The notes under the pieces are model-generated. The model was given only the letters and a program-made list of their open reading frames with translations. It did no database searches and was not told the DNA's origin. Positions 6,836 to 16,667 of a stretch of DNA of 16,667 nt are shown here, one piece after another. The DNA comes from an uncultured Eubacteriales bacterium (GTDB lineage: Bacteria > Bacillota > Clostridia > Christensenellales > Aristaeellaceae): contig CACWUV010000047.1 of assembly GCA_902764185.1 (NCBI GenBank), positions 1 through 16,667 of the forward strand, written 5' to 3'. Made by a program: the position numbers and the translations under genes. Every line of letters starts with the position of its first letter. The stretch's first letter is position 1.

Positions 6836-8635
6836 TTACTCGTCCTCCTCAAAGTCGCCGTAGATGCGAACCATTTTTTCGTGCAGGTTTTGAATGTTCT
6901 TGGGAGCCTCGGTCTTGGGCGCCCGGGGATCCAGCAGCCAGGTCTTGGCGTAGTGGGTGTCGCTCACCTGAATCATGGGCGGCTCCTCCTTGAGGTCGAT
7001 GGCCATGGCGTACTGGTTGCGGGGGGCAAAGGCGTCGCCCACGATCTTGTTATACAGGGAGGGCGGCGTGCCGGGGATGGAGAAGAGGTCGGTGCCCTTT
7101 TCCGTCAATTGCGGCAGGGAGGACAGCAGCGCCCAGGTGTAGGGGTGCTTGGGATCGTAGAAGATGTCCTCCACCGTGCCCAGCTCCACGATCTGACCGG
7201 CGTACAGCACGGCCACGCGCTCGGCCACGTTGGCCACCACGCCCAGGTCGTGGGTGATGTAAACGGTGGTGAAGCCCAATTCGTGCTGCAAATCCTTGAT
7301 CAGGCGGATGATCTGCGCCTGGATGGTCACATCCAGCGCCGTGGTGGGTTCGTCGCAGATCAGGATCTTGGGCTGGCAGGAAAGGGCGATGGCGATGACG
7401 ATGCGCTGGCGCATGCCGCCGGAATATTGGAAGGGATAATCGTCAAAGCGGGTCTCGGGATCGGGAATGCCCACCTTGCCCATGATTTCGAGGGTGCGCC
7501 TGCGGGCCTCCGCCTGGCTGCACTTCTGGTGCTTGAGGATCACGGTCATGATCTGCTTGCCGATGGTGATGACCGGGTTCAGGCTGGTCATGGGGTCCTG
7601 GAACACCGTGGCGATGCGGCAGCCGCGGATCTGCTGCCAGTCGTTGGTATATTGCACGTGGGCGCAGTCGATGATGGCGTAGCCGTTCACTTCCTGGTTG
7701 GCCTCGTCAAAGCTGCGGTATTCCACGTAGAACACGCAGGTCTGGAAGATGCGGTTCAGCACCGACACGCTGCGCAGGTCCTCGCCCGCCAGCATGGCGT
7801 CGCGGAAGGCCTTTTTCAGCGTCCGCAGGAATTTGACCTGGGAGGTCAGCGGATAGCGGCCGATGGACAAAAGGATCTCATAGGCCAGGATCTTGTTGCG
7901 TTCCAGGGTCTCGTCGCTCAAACCCTGCGGGTTGCCTTCCTTGTCCGCCTGGGCGATCTTCTGCTCGCGCCGGGCCTTCAATTCGCCCAACTTCTGCTCG
8001 TCCTGCACGTGGCTGGCGTCGGCGGCGTAGACCGCGGCGCGGGATTTGATGGTCTCGTCCCGCTGGGCGATCAGCGCCTTTTCCTTTTCGGCCAGCTCGG
8101 TCAGCTTCTGCTGGCAGCGGGCGATCTCCCGCTGATCCTCGGCGCTGTGCTTGTCCAGGGTCTGCATGAAGTTGTTGGTGTCCACCATGCTGTCCCGCAG
8201 CTGTTTGAGGTCAGCCTCGTACTGTTCCTCCTCCGCCACGGACAGGCTCTTCTTGTGCTTGATCTCGGATTCCAGAGCCAGGATCTGCTTGTATTCCTCC
8301 GCGCCGCGCTCCAGGGGACTGAGCTTGTTCAGCATGTCGTTGGCATAGGCCAGGATGCGGCGGCGGGCCGGGGTCAGCTTGACCTTGGTGACGGACAGCT
8401 CGTCGTCGGCAAAGATGATGCTGCCTTCGGGAATGAAGCCGTTGCTGTCCAGCATGCCAGCGAAGGTCTTGGTCAGCACGGATTTGCCGGAGCCGCTTTC
8501 GCCCACGATGGCGATGGACTCATTTTCAAAAATGTCCAGGGATACGTTGCGGATGGCGGTCAGGATGCGGCCGCGCACGTTGAACTTGACGCTTACGTTC
8601 CGCAGGGACAGGAGGACCTTTTTATTCTCAGCCAT
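6836..8635 (-). CDS. oppD: Oligopeptide ABC transporter ATP-binding protein with a large internal insertion (599 aa)
   Basis: Walker A is GESGSGKSV (res 45-53), the Q-loop region is [14 protein letters not shown] (res ~341-354), the signature is [12 protein letters not shown], Walker B is [12 protein letters not shown], the H-loop is ITHDLG, and an [12 protein letters not shown] motif is present. About 245 residues separate [10 protein letters not shown] from the Q-loop, where canonical OppD has about 25. RBS is TAAGGAGG, overlapping the oppC stop. Confidence 0.9.
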   Translation of the reverse strand: MAENKKVLLSLRNVSVKFNVRGRILTAIRNVSLDIFENESIAIVGESGSGKSVLTKTFAGMLDSNGFIPEGSIIFADDELSVTKVKLTPARRRILAYANDMLNKLSPLERGAEEYKQILALESEIKHKKSLSVAEEEQYEADLKQLRDSMVDTNNFMQTLDKHSAEDQREIARCQQKLTELAEKEKALIAQRDETIKSRAAVYAADASHVQDEQKLGELKARREQKIAQADKEGNPQGLSDETLERNKILAYEILLSIGRYPLTSQVKFLRTLKKAFRDAMLAGEDLRSVSVLNRIFQTCVFYVEYRSFDEANQEVNGYAIIDCAHVQYTNDWQQIRGCRIATVFQDPMTSLNPVITIGKQIMTVILKHQKCSQAEARRRTLEIMGKVGIPDPETRFDDYPFQYSGGMRQRIVIAIALSCQPKILICDEPTTALDVTIQAQIIRLIKDLQHELGFTTVYITHDLGVVANVAERVAVLYAGQIVELGTVEDIFYDPKHPYTWALLSSLPQLTEKGTDLFSIPGTPPSLYNKIVGDAFAPRNQYAMAIDLKEEPPMIQVSDTHYAKTWLLDPRAPKTEAPKNIQNLHEKMVRIYGDFEEDE

Positions 8636-8647
8636 GTCGGTGCCTCC

Positions 8648-9598
8648 TTACATATGCGTCCGGGGATCGCTGGCGTCGGCCAGGTTTTGCCCCAGAACGT
8701 ACAGAATGATGGTAATGGCCGCGGCGATGGCCACCGGCGGCCAGAATTCCCAGGGATAGGTGAGGAAGGCGCTCTGGGCCTCCTGGATCATGCGGCCCAG
8801 GGAGGGCACGTCCGCGCTCAGGCCCACGCCGATGTAGCTCAGGAACACTTCCATGCTGATGTAGCTGGGCAGCTCGGTGGCCAGCAGCGTCACCGTAACG
8901 CTGGTCAGAAAGGGCAGGATGTTCTTGCTGATCATGCGCGGGATGGGGGTGCCCAGGCAGCGGGAGGCCAGGCTGTATTCGCGGTCGCGGATGATCAGCA
9001 CCTGGGTGCGGAAGAAGTAGGCGATGCCCAGCCAGCCGGTGACCGTCAGCGCGAACACGAAGCTCCAGAAGCCGGAGCCAATGATGTACACCAGCACGGA
9101 GATCATCAGGATATAGGGCACGTTGGCGATGATGTTGTAGATCACCAGCATCACCTGGTCAAAGCGCTTGCTGTATCCCCACACAGCGCCCAGGATAATG
9201 CCGATGGTCATATTGATGGCCGCGCAGATGACGGCCAGCACCAGGCTGGTGCGGGCGGAGGACATGATGCCGTAGAAGATGCTGTTTCCCTGGCCGCCGG
9301 TGCCAAAGATCCACTTGAAGCTGAACCCGCCAAAGTATTCCATGGCCGCCTTGGGGCTCAGGTTGTAGGTCTTGGCGTCGGTGACATTCTCATAGGAGTT
9401 GTAGGGCGCGAAGATGGGGATGATGAAGCTGCTGGCGATGAGCAGCACGAACAGCACGATCAAAATGATGTTGATCCGCTTGCGGAAGAACACGCGGAAC
9501 ACGCTGGCCCAGTAAGAATAGCGGGGCGCGGTGATCTTCTCCGCCTGGATGCTGTTGATGTCGATAAATTGGAAATCCTTGTTGGTAATATCGCTCAT
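8648..9598 (-). CDS. oppC: Oligopeptide ABC transporter permease
   Basis: 316 aa with an N-terminal OppC-type segment, 6 predicted TM helices and the BPD-transporter EAA-like region (ASRCLGTPIPRMISKNILP). The ATG overlaps the oppB TAA by one nucleotide (TAATG). Confidence 0.9.
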   Translation of the reverse strand: MSDITNKDFQFIDINSIQAEKITAPRYSYWASVFRVFFRKRINIILIVLFVLLIASSFIIPIFAPYNSYENVTDAKTYNLSPKAAMEYFGGFSFKWIFGTGGQGNSIFYGIMSSARTSLVLAVICAAINMTIGIILGAVWGYSKRFDQVMLVIYNIIANVPYILMISVLVYIIGSGFWSFVFALTVTGWLGIAYFFRTQVLIIRDREYSLASRCLGTPIPRMISKNILPFLTSVTVTLLATELPSYISMEVFLSYIGVGLSADVPSLGRMIQEAQSAFLTYPWEFWPPVAIAAAITIILYVLGQNLADASDPRTHM

Positions 9599-11181
9599 TA
9601 CCGGCCGCCTCCTTTGCTGGATGTAAGCGAAATGCGCGGATCGTACTTGGCCAGCAGCAGGTCGCCCAGAATGATGGAAACGATGGAAAGCAGGGTGTAG
9701 AACATGGTCATGGCCACAATGATGCCGTTGTCATGGCCGTTGATGGCGGTGGTCAGCAGGTTGCCCACGCCGGGCAGGGCATACACGCGCTCGGTGATGA
9801 TGGCGCCGGTCAGGCAGCCCAGGATGTTGGCCGGGATGCCGTGCACCAGGTAGATCATGGCGTTGGGGCTGATATGCTTGCGGAAGATCTCGCTTTCGCT
9901 CAGACCCTCGGCCCGGGCGAACTTTACATAATCGCTGTTCATCTGGTCGATCATGTAGCGGCGCATCCACTTCATCAGGCTGCCCACCTGGGGCAGGCTC
10001 AGGGAGATGACCGGCAGGAAGTAAGCCAGCACCTTCACCTGGGCGTTGGCGAATTTATATGGCAGGCCGAACAGCGTGGTGCCGATGGTGGCGAACAGGA
10101 AAATGTAGGCCAGGGAGGGCACGGCCATGATAAAGATGATGTAGCCGTTGCCGATCTTGTCCAGCAGTCCGTCCTTATGCCGGGCCATCAGGATGCCCAG
10201 GGGCAGGCCCAGCATATAGGCGATCAGCGTGGCGATCAGGCCCGTGACGAAGCTGTTTTCCAGCATGGAGAGGCCGCTGTACTGATAGGTATAGCTGGTG
10301 TACTGATCGGGGAACTGCTTCATCTCCGTGTTGGTGCGGGGATTGTAATTATAGGTCAGGGTATGGAAGTCGATGGCCGTCTCCACATATTGATCCGTGC
10401 CGAGCTGGGCGGGATACTGGGAGCGGACCTTCTTCTGGTCGCCGGTGGGGCGGCTGATCACCTGGGTGATCTCCTGACCGCGGTACTTGGTGTAGCTGGT
10501 GCCCAGGTTCAGGTGGATGAAATTCTGATGGATGAACGGGAAGCGCCCGTTGACATACAATAGATATTTATGCGTGGTGCCCGATCCCACCACGGCATAG
10601 AAACCGCTGTAGGGGTCTTTCTCCACGCGAATATAACGCTCCGTCAGCGCGGGATCGGTGACGTCGCTGGTGGTTTCCACAGTAAAGAGGTGGGTGATAT
10701 AATCCCACAGGCGCAAGAAAACGCTCTTTTCATGCACGGCGATCAGATAGCCGTTGCCGCCGCTCTTCACCTTGCCGGATTTGGAGCGGGCCGGGGACAG
10801 ATAGTTAATATCGTAGCCCTTCTTTTTATACTGTTCAATGAATTCCTGAACAGAGGCGTTCTCCAGATACGCGTTTTCGTTCTGGATCGCTTCCTTATCC
10901 GCCTTGTAATCGGCGTTTTTGGTGTATTCACTGCCATACAGCGGCTCATACTTGTTTTTCAGGAACGACGTATAGTCGGTATAGTCCAGATACCCGTACT
11001 TGCTGTACATGGTATATTCGTATATCGACCGGTCATTGCTGCTTTTTTTATTCCATGTGTCGTCCATCTGGAAAATAACGCTGCGCTTGATCAGGGAGAA
11101 GACCAGCAGCATGACTGTGGCCACCACCACCAGCAGCGAAAAGATGGAGAACAGGATGCGTTTTCCCATGTATCTTTTCAT
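9598..11181 (-). CDS. oppB: Oligopeptide ABC transporter permease with an enlarged extracytoplasmic loop (527 aa)
   Basis: The N-terminus MKRYMGKRILFSIFSLLVVV is OppB/DppB-type. The C-terminal half has the canonical TM2-TM6 and an EAA motif (ARAEGLSESEIFRKHISPNA). TM1 and TM2 are separated by about 277 aa instead of about 70. Confidence 0.88.
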   Translation of the reverse strand: MKRYMGKRILFSIFSLLVVVATVMLLVFSLIKRSVIFQMDDTWNKKSSNDRSIYEYTMYSKYGYLDYTDYTSFLKNKYEPLYGSEYTKNADYKADKEAIQNENAYLENASVQEFIEQYKKKGYDINYLSPARSKSGKVKSGGNGYLIAVHEKSVFLRLWDYITHLFTVETTSDVTDPALTERYIRVEKDPYSGFYAVVGSGTTHKYLLYVNGRFPFIHQNFIHLNLGTSYTKYRGQEITQVISRPTGDQKKVRSQYPAQLGTDQYVETAIDFHTLTYNYNPRTNTEMKQFPDQYTSYTYQYSGLSMLENSFVTGLIATLIAYMLGLPLGILMARHKDGLLDKIGNGYIIFIMAVPSLAYIFLFATIGTTLFGLPYKFANAQVKVLAYFLPVISLSLPQVGSLMKWMRRYMIDQMNSDYVKFARAEGLSESEIFRKHISPNAMIYLVHGIPANILGCLTGAIITERVYALPGVGNLLTTAINGHDNGIIVAMTMFYTLLSIVSIILGDLLLAKYDPRISLTSSKGGGR

Positions 11182-11232
11182 GAATACACCAACTTAATTA
11201 TCATTATTCGCAAAGGGGATAAATTGACATGT

Positions 11233-11285
11233 GGGGAAGCGGCCCGAAGGCCGCTTCCCCATGGACTTGCTTTACAGGAAGCAAG
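11233..11285 (-). promoter_or_regulatory. Tandem intercistronic stem-loops between oppA and oppB
   Basis: GGGGAAGCGGCC-CGAA-GGCCGCTTCCCC (11233-11260) forms a perfect 12-bp stem. CTTGCTT-TACAGG-AAGCAAG (11266-11285) forms a second stem. Neither is followed directly by a U-run on the minus strand, so these look like an attenuating or mRNA-stabilising element rather than a full terminator. Confidence 0.55.
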
Positions 11286-11297
11286 GCAATCGTTCAA

Positions 11298-13367
11298 TTA
11301 GAACAGACCGATAACCTTGGTCATGTAACCGGCGCCGCCACCCAGGAAGGTGTTCAGATAGGTGTTGGGATCGCCGTAGTCGGGGCCCCAGCCGGAGCCG
11401 TAGAACATATCGAAGTTGCCGGCTTCGCCGTTGGAAGCGCGGTAGCCGCAGGCGTAGTAATCCTGGGAAGTGGTGGCCTCGATCAGGTTCACAACCACGT
11501 TCTCAGCGCCCAGGGTGCCTTCGATAACCTGCTTGTAGGCCTGGGACTGCGCGGTGTTGGCAGCGGAAGCGCCGTAGTACACCACGTCGATCTTGATGGG
11601 CCAGGACACGGTGTCGCCCAGCTCTTCCTTGGCGGCAGCCAGGTATTCCTTGGCGGCGTCAGCGTTGAACCAACCATCGGCGGCGTCAGCCACGGTCACC
11701 TTGGCGCCCATCTGATCCAGATAGAACTGCACCAGCTCGCCGTACATGGTGCCGGCCTTGAACTCGTTGCCGTTCTGGTCCACAGCGTCAGCGGACAGCT
11801 GCACGAACTCGGGATGGGTGTACATGTTGCGCAGGTTGGCGTACTTCAGGTCTTCGCCACGGGACACGGCGTTGTAGGTGCCCTTGTCGAAGGCGTGCTG
11901 CAGGGCCTTGCGGAAGTTCTTGTTCCACAGAGCGGTCTGGGTGTCGATCTTTTCCTGCTCGGTCTTGGGGGAAGCGCAGGCGCCGCTCTCCAGAGCGAAG
12001 GTGCCGCGGTTCATGTTCAGACCGCCGAAGTAGGAAGTGGAGGTGGTGTCGGTCACGAAGGCATACTTGTCGAAGTTGCCGTCTTCCTTGGCCAGGGCCA
12101 GGATGCCGGTGGATTCGGTCAGAGCAGCGGCGACATACACGCCAGCCACGGTGTCGTTGTAGTACTGGACGGGGTTCTCACCGGCGTCATAGATCCAGGT
12201 GATGCTGTTCTGCACGATCTTGTCCGCGTCGTAGTAAGCGGGGTTCTTGACGACCACGATCTCAGAGTCGGCAACCAGCTTCTGCAGCAGGTAGGGGCCG
12301 CAGTAGACCTGGGAGGCCACGTCGGTATTCATGCCGAAGGTGTAGGTGTTGGTGTCGGCAGAAGCAGCAGCATACTCTTCCACGCCGAACACGCCGCCAT
12401 GGCTCAGATACCAGTCTTCGCAGATGGGCAGGAAGCAGGAGTAGGTCAGCATGGTGGGGAAGTAGGAGGTGGGCTTTTCCAGGGTCACGATCAGGGTCTG
12501 GTCATCCGCGGCCACATAGCCCACGTCTTCCCAGGCGCCGCCGTTGGCATAGTAATCGGTAGCGCCGACCACAACGCCATCCACCAGCCATTCCAGACCA
12601 GCCTGGGCATCCAGCATGTGACGGAAGCCGGCGACGAAGTCACGGGCGGTCACAGGAGCATACTCGGCGCCTTCGGAGGTGAACCACTTGGCGTCATCGC
12701 GGATGTGGAAGGTGTAGGTCAGGCCGTCCTCGGACACATCGAAGGAGGTGGCCAGCTTGGGCTGCATCACGCCCAGGTTGTCATACTGCACCAGGCCGTC
12801 CACGGTCTGCACGGTGATCTCGGTGTCGCTCTGGGAGGAGGTGTTCAGCCAGTCCAGGGTGACGGGAGCGGTGGAAAAGGTCGTACGATAGTCGGTGGCC
12901 AAGGTGTAACCCATTTCGGTCAGCATGGCGGCGGCGTCATATTCGCCTTCACCGGCGACGGCCTTCTGCCAGGCAGCCTTCAGGGCTTCGCGGTCTTCCT
13001 TCTTGATGAACTCGGTGGCGGCCACGATGGTACCCCAGCGGTCATCGTCATTGCCCCAGTTGGCGTAGGGGGCGGTACGATAAGCGCGGCGATCGATCTG
13101 ATAGGCACCGCCCTGGGTGGTGGTGGGGATCATCACAGCGCTGTCCAGCAGATAAGCTTCGGCCTGGGCTTCCAGGATGAAGCGCTCGTCGATGGACTCA
13201 GCAGCCTCAGCGGCGGCCATCAGGGCTTCAAATTCGCCCAGCACTTCTTCGTAGATGTCTTCGTCATCAGCGCGCTCATAAGCTACGCTCTCAGCGCTGG
13301 CACAAGCAATGCCCAGCACCATGATGACGGCCAGAAGCATCGACAGGAACTTGGATACGTTCTTCAT
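11298..13367 (-). CDS. oppA: Extracellular oligopeptide-binding protein (SBP family 5), probable lipoprotein, about 689 aa
   Basis: It is the first gene of the operon and carries a signal peptide, MKNVSKFLSMLLAVIMVLGIACASAES, with a lipobox-like Cys. Its size, composition and operon context fit a family-5 solute-binding protein. I place the start at ATG 13367 (GGAGG 8 nt upstream); the ATG at 13382 lies inside that SD. Confidence 0.85.
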   Translation of the reverse strand: MKNVSKFLSMLLAVIMVLGIACASAESVAYERADDEDIYEEVLGEFEALMAAAEAAESIDERFILEAQAEAYLLDSAVMIPTTTQGGAYQIDRRAYRTAPYANWGNDDDRWGTIVAATEFIKKEDREALKAAWQKAVAGEGEYDAAAMLTEMGYTLATDYRTTFSTAPVTLDWLNTSSQSDTEITVQTVDGLVQYDNLGVMQPKLATSFDVSEDGLTYTFHIRDDAKWFTSEGAEYAPVTARDFVAGFRHMLDAQAGLEWLVDGVVVGATDYYANGGAWEDVGYVAADDQTLIVTLEKPTSYFPTMLTYSCFLPICEDWYLSHGGVFGVEEYAAASADTNTYTFGMNTDVASQVYCGPYLLQKLVADSEIVVVKNPAYYDADKIVQNSITWIYDAGENPVQYYNDTVAGVYVAAALTESTGILALAKEDGNFDKYAFVTDTTSTSYFGGLNMNRGTFALESGACASPKTEQEKIDTQTALWNKNFRKALQHAFDKGTYNAVSRGEDLKYANLRNMYTHPEFVQLSADAVDQNGNEFKAGTMYGELVQFYLDQMGAKVTVADAADGWFNADAAKEYLAAAKEELGDTVSWPIKIDVVYYGASAANTAQSQAYKQVIEGTLGAENVVVNLIEATTSQDYYACGYRASNGEAGNFDMFYGSGWGPDYGDPNTYLNTFLGGGAGYMTKVIGLF

Positions 13368-13470
13368 GGTTCTTTCCTCCATTTTTATTTATTTCGACCA
13401 TCCTTGGCAGATGATTGAAAACGCTTTAAAGGGCTAAAGAATCACCCTTGCATCTTACGAACACTTGTTT

Positions 13471-13499
13471 ATTATATCAGCAAGATTTTAAAAATGCAA
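13471..13499 (-). promoter_or_regulatory. Sigma-A promoter with extended -10 for the opp operon
   Basis: On the minus strand: TTGCAT (13494-13499), a 17-nt spacer, then TGA-TATAAT (hexamer at 13471-13476). It leaves a ~95-nt leader before the oppA ATG and sits in an AT-rich intergenic region. Confidence 0.7.
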
Positions 13500-13607
13500 T
13501 AGAAAACATATGCAAATTGGCAATATAAGAACAGCGCAAGGCTTGAGAACCGGCCATTCTGATGAAGTGGCGGCCATTTAATATGAATAAATGCTGTTTT
13601 TTCCCCG

Positions 13608-14678
13608 TCATTCCAGCGCCTTGAGCTTTTCCGATTGATCCTCCACGGTGAGCGCGTCGATGATCTCGTCCAGGTCGCCGTCCACGATGGCGTCGATTTT
13701 GTAAAGGGTGAGGCCCACGCGGTGGTCGGTGACGCGTCCCTGGGGAAAATTGTAGGTGCGGATGCGCTCGTTGCGCTCGCCGGTGCCCACCTGGGACCGG
13801 CGGTTTTCGGCATAGGCGCTGTCGGCCTGGGTGCGATAGAGGTCGTAGAGGCGGCTGGCCAGCACCTTCATGGCCTTTTCCTTGTTTTTGAGCTGGCTTT
13901 TTTCGTCCTGGCAGGTGACCACGGTGCCGGTGGGCAGATGGGTGATGCGCACGGCGCTGTCCGTGCGGTTGATGTACTGGCCGCCGTGGCCGCTGGCGCG
14001 ATAGGTGTCGATGCGCAGGTCCTCCTGCCGGATGTCCACCTCCACGGTCTCGGCCTCGGGCAGCACGGCCACGGTGGCGGTGCTGGTGTGGATGCGGCCG
14101 CCGGCCTCGGTGACGGGCACGCGCTGGATGCGGTGGACGCCGCTTTCAAACTTTAAGCGGCTGAACGCGCCGCGCCCCGCGATGGTGACCACGGCTTCCT
14201 TGACGCCGCCCAGCTCGGTATCGCTGATGCTGGTGACGCTGGCCTGCCAGCCCCGGCGCTCGGCGTAGCGCATGTACATGCGCAGCAGCAGCGCCGCGAA
14301 CAGGCTGGCTTCGTCGCCGCCCGCCCCGGCGCGGACCTCCAGGATGACGCTGCGCTGGTCGTTGGGGTCCTGGGGCAGCAAAAAGAGCTTGAGGCGCTCG
14401 GCCTCAGCCTTTTCTTTTTCCGCCAGCTCCCGGGCTTCTTCCTTGGCCATTTCGCCCATGTCCGGGTCGGAGGAGAGCTCCTGGGCCTCCGCCAGATGGG
14501 CGCAGAGGCGCTGGTATTCCTGCCAGGCGGTCACCGCGGGCTCCAACTGGGCGCGCTCCCGCAAAAGACCCTGCCACTTGGGCACGTCCGCCATGACGTC
14601 CGGCTGGCCCACCGCTTCACTGAGCTCCTCCAGACGGTTTTGCATCCATTCAAATTTTTCGGAATATTTCGGTTCCAT
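13608..14678 (-). CDS. prfA: Peptide chain release factor 1
   Basis: The GGQ motif is [23 protein letters not shown]. The RF1-type PVT tripeptide sits in [24 protein letters not shown]. Start is ATG 14678 (GTG 14681 is an alternative) and overlaps the TGA of the upstream small ORF. Confidence 0.96.
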   Translation of the reverse strand: MEPKYSEKFEWMQNRLEELSEAVGQPDVMADVPKWQGLLRERAQLEPAVTAWQEYQRLCAHLAEAQELSSDPDMGEMAKEEARELAEKEKAEAERLKLFLLPQDPNDQRSVILEVRAGAGGDEASLFAALLLRMYMRYAERRGWQASVTSISDTELGGVKEAVVTIAGRGAFSRLKFESGVHRIQRVPVTEAGGRIHTSTATVAVLPEAETVEVDIRQEDLRIDTYRASGHGGQYINRTDSAVRITHLPTGTVVTCQDEKSQLKNKEKAMKVLASRLYDLYRTQADSAYAENRRSQVGTGERNERIRTYNFPQGRVTDHRVGLTLYKIDAIVDGDLDEIIDALTVEDQSEKLKALE

Positions 14679-14848
14679 CACTTATAACGCAGTACAAAAT
14701 AGATCACATATACCCAGCTGAGCAGGCCGTGGATGATGGCCCAGCCCACGGAATGCCAGGTGGTGTAGCTGATCACCATGGCCAGGGCGCTGCCGAAGGT
14801 GATGCCGGTTTTGACGGATTGCTTGGCAACCGATTTTCTGTCGTCCAT
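14678..14848 (-). CDS. 56-aa small membrane protein with two predicted TM helices (absent from the ORF track)
   Basis: My manual translation of the minus strand gives [62 protein letters not shown] lies 6 nt upstream of ATG 14848 and overlaps the lepA TAA. The TGA stop (14678-14680) overlaps the prfA ATG by one nucleotide. Codon third positions are GC-rich, as in the neighbouring genes. Confidence 0.55.
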   Translation of the reverse strand: MDDRKSVAKQSVKTGITFGSALAMVISYTTWHSVGWAIIHGLLSWVYVIYFVLRYK

Positions 14849-14858
14849 GAGAATCTCC

Positions 14859-16667
<1,809 letters not shown>

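Noticed and set aside
13477-13493. CodY-box-like A/T palindrome (CATTTTTAAAATCTT on the minus strand) in the spacer of the opp promoter.
   Set aside because: It has five mismatches to AATTTTCWGAAAATT, and the central spacing is off. It is indistinguishable from generic AT-rich promoter spacer sequence without binding data.
449-14156. Long plus-strand ORFs in the track: 449-1435, 1566-2945, 3061-4170, 4731-6863 (710 aa), 6881-9700 (939 aa), 9733-10563, 10570-11301, 11229-13418 (729 aa) and 13635-14156.
   Set aside because: Each lies exactly antisense to a minus-strand gene with unambiguous family motifs. Their translations are low-complexity, rich in G, A, V, H, D, L and Q, with no recognisable motifs or RBSs. 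This is the typical shadow-ORF behaviour of high-GC coding DNA.

Overview
16.7-kb high-GC chromosomal segment. GGAGG-type ribosome-binding sites, a BspA-type LRR surface protein and the overall gene set suggest a Clostridia-like Firmicute, but that is inference only. All 12 CDSs I can support lie on the minus strand. Read in transcription order (right to left) they are: lepA (EF4), an unlisted 56-aa two-helix membrane ORF and prfA (RF1), all tightly coupled; then a sigma-A promoter driving oppA-oppB-oppC-oppD-oppF, ending in a strong intrinsic terminator; an ApbE-like membrane-anchored protein; a promoter driving a small DUF2007-like ORF plus pfkA; a secreted LRR and Cys-rich protein; and argF (ornithine carbamoyltransferase). 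The leftmost ~400 bp is non-coding and dense with hairpins. The long plus-strand ORFs in the track are antisense shadow ORFs typical of high-GC DNA. I see no tRNA, rRNA, CRISPR array, transposase, integrase, toxin-antitoxin or recognisable defence genes, and no convincing new multi-gene system; the window is mostly housekeeping. Leads worth a second look: (1) the Opp importer is a long-form variant, with a ~245-aa coiled-coil-like insertion in the OppD ATPase between Walker A and the Q-loop, a ~275-aa extracytoplasmic insertion in OppB, and an oversized OppA; (2) the hairpin-dense GC-rich tract at 40-356 matches no RNA family I can recognise; (3) a 168-bp lower-GC element with 18-20 bp terminal inverted repeats sits at 4454-4621; (4) the 56-aa membrane ORF is wedged between lepA and prfA; (5) the LRR protein carries four C-x9/10-C-x2-C modules.
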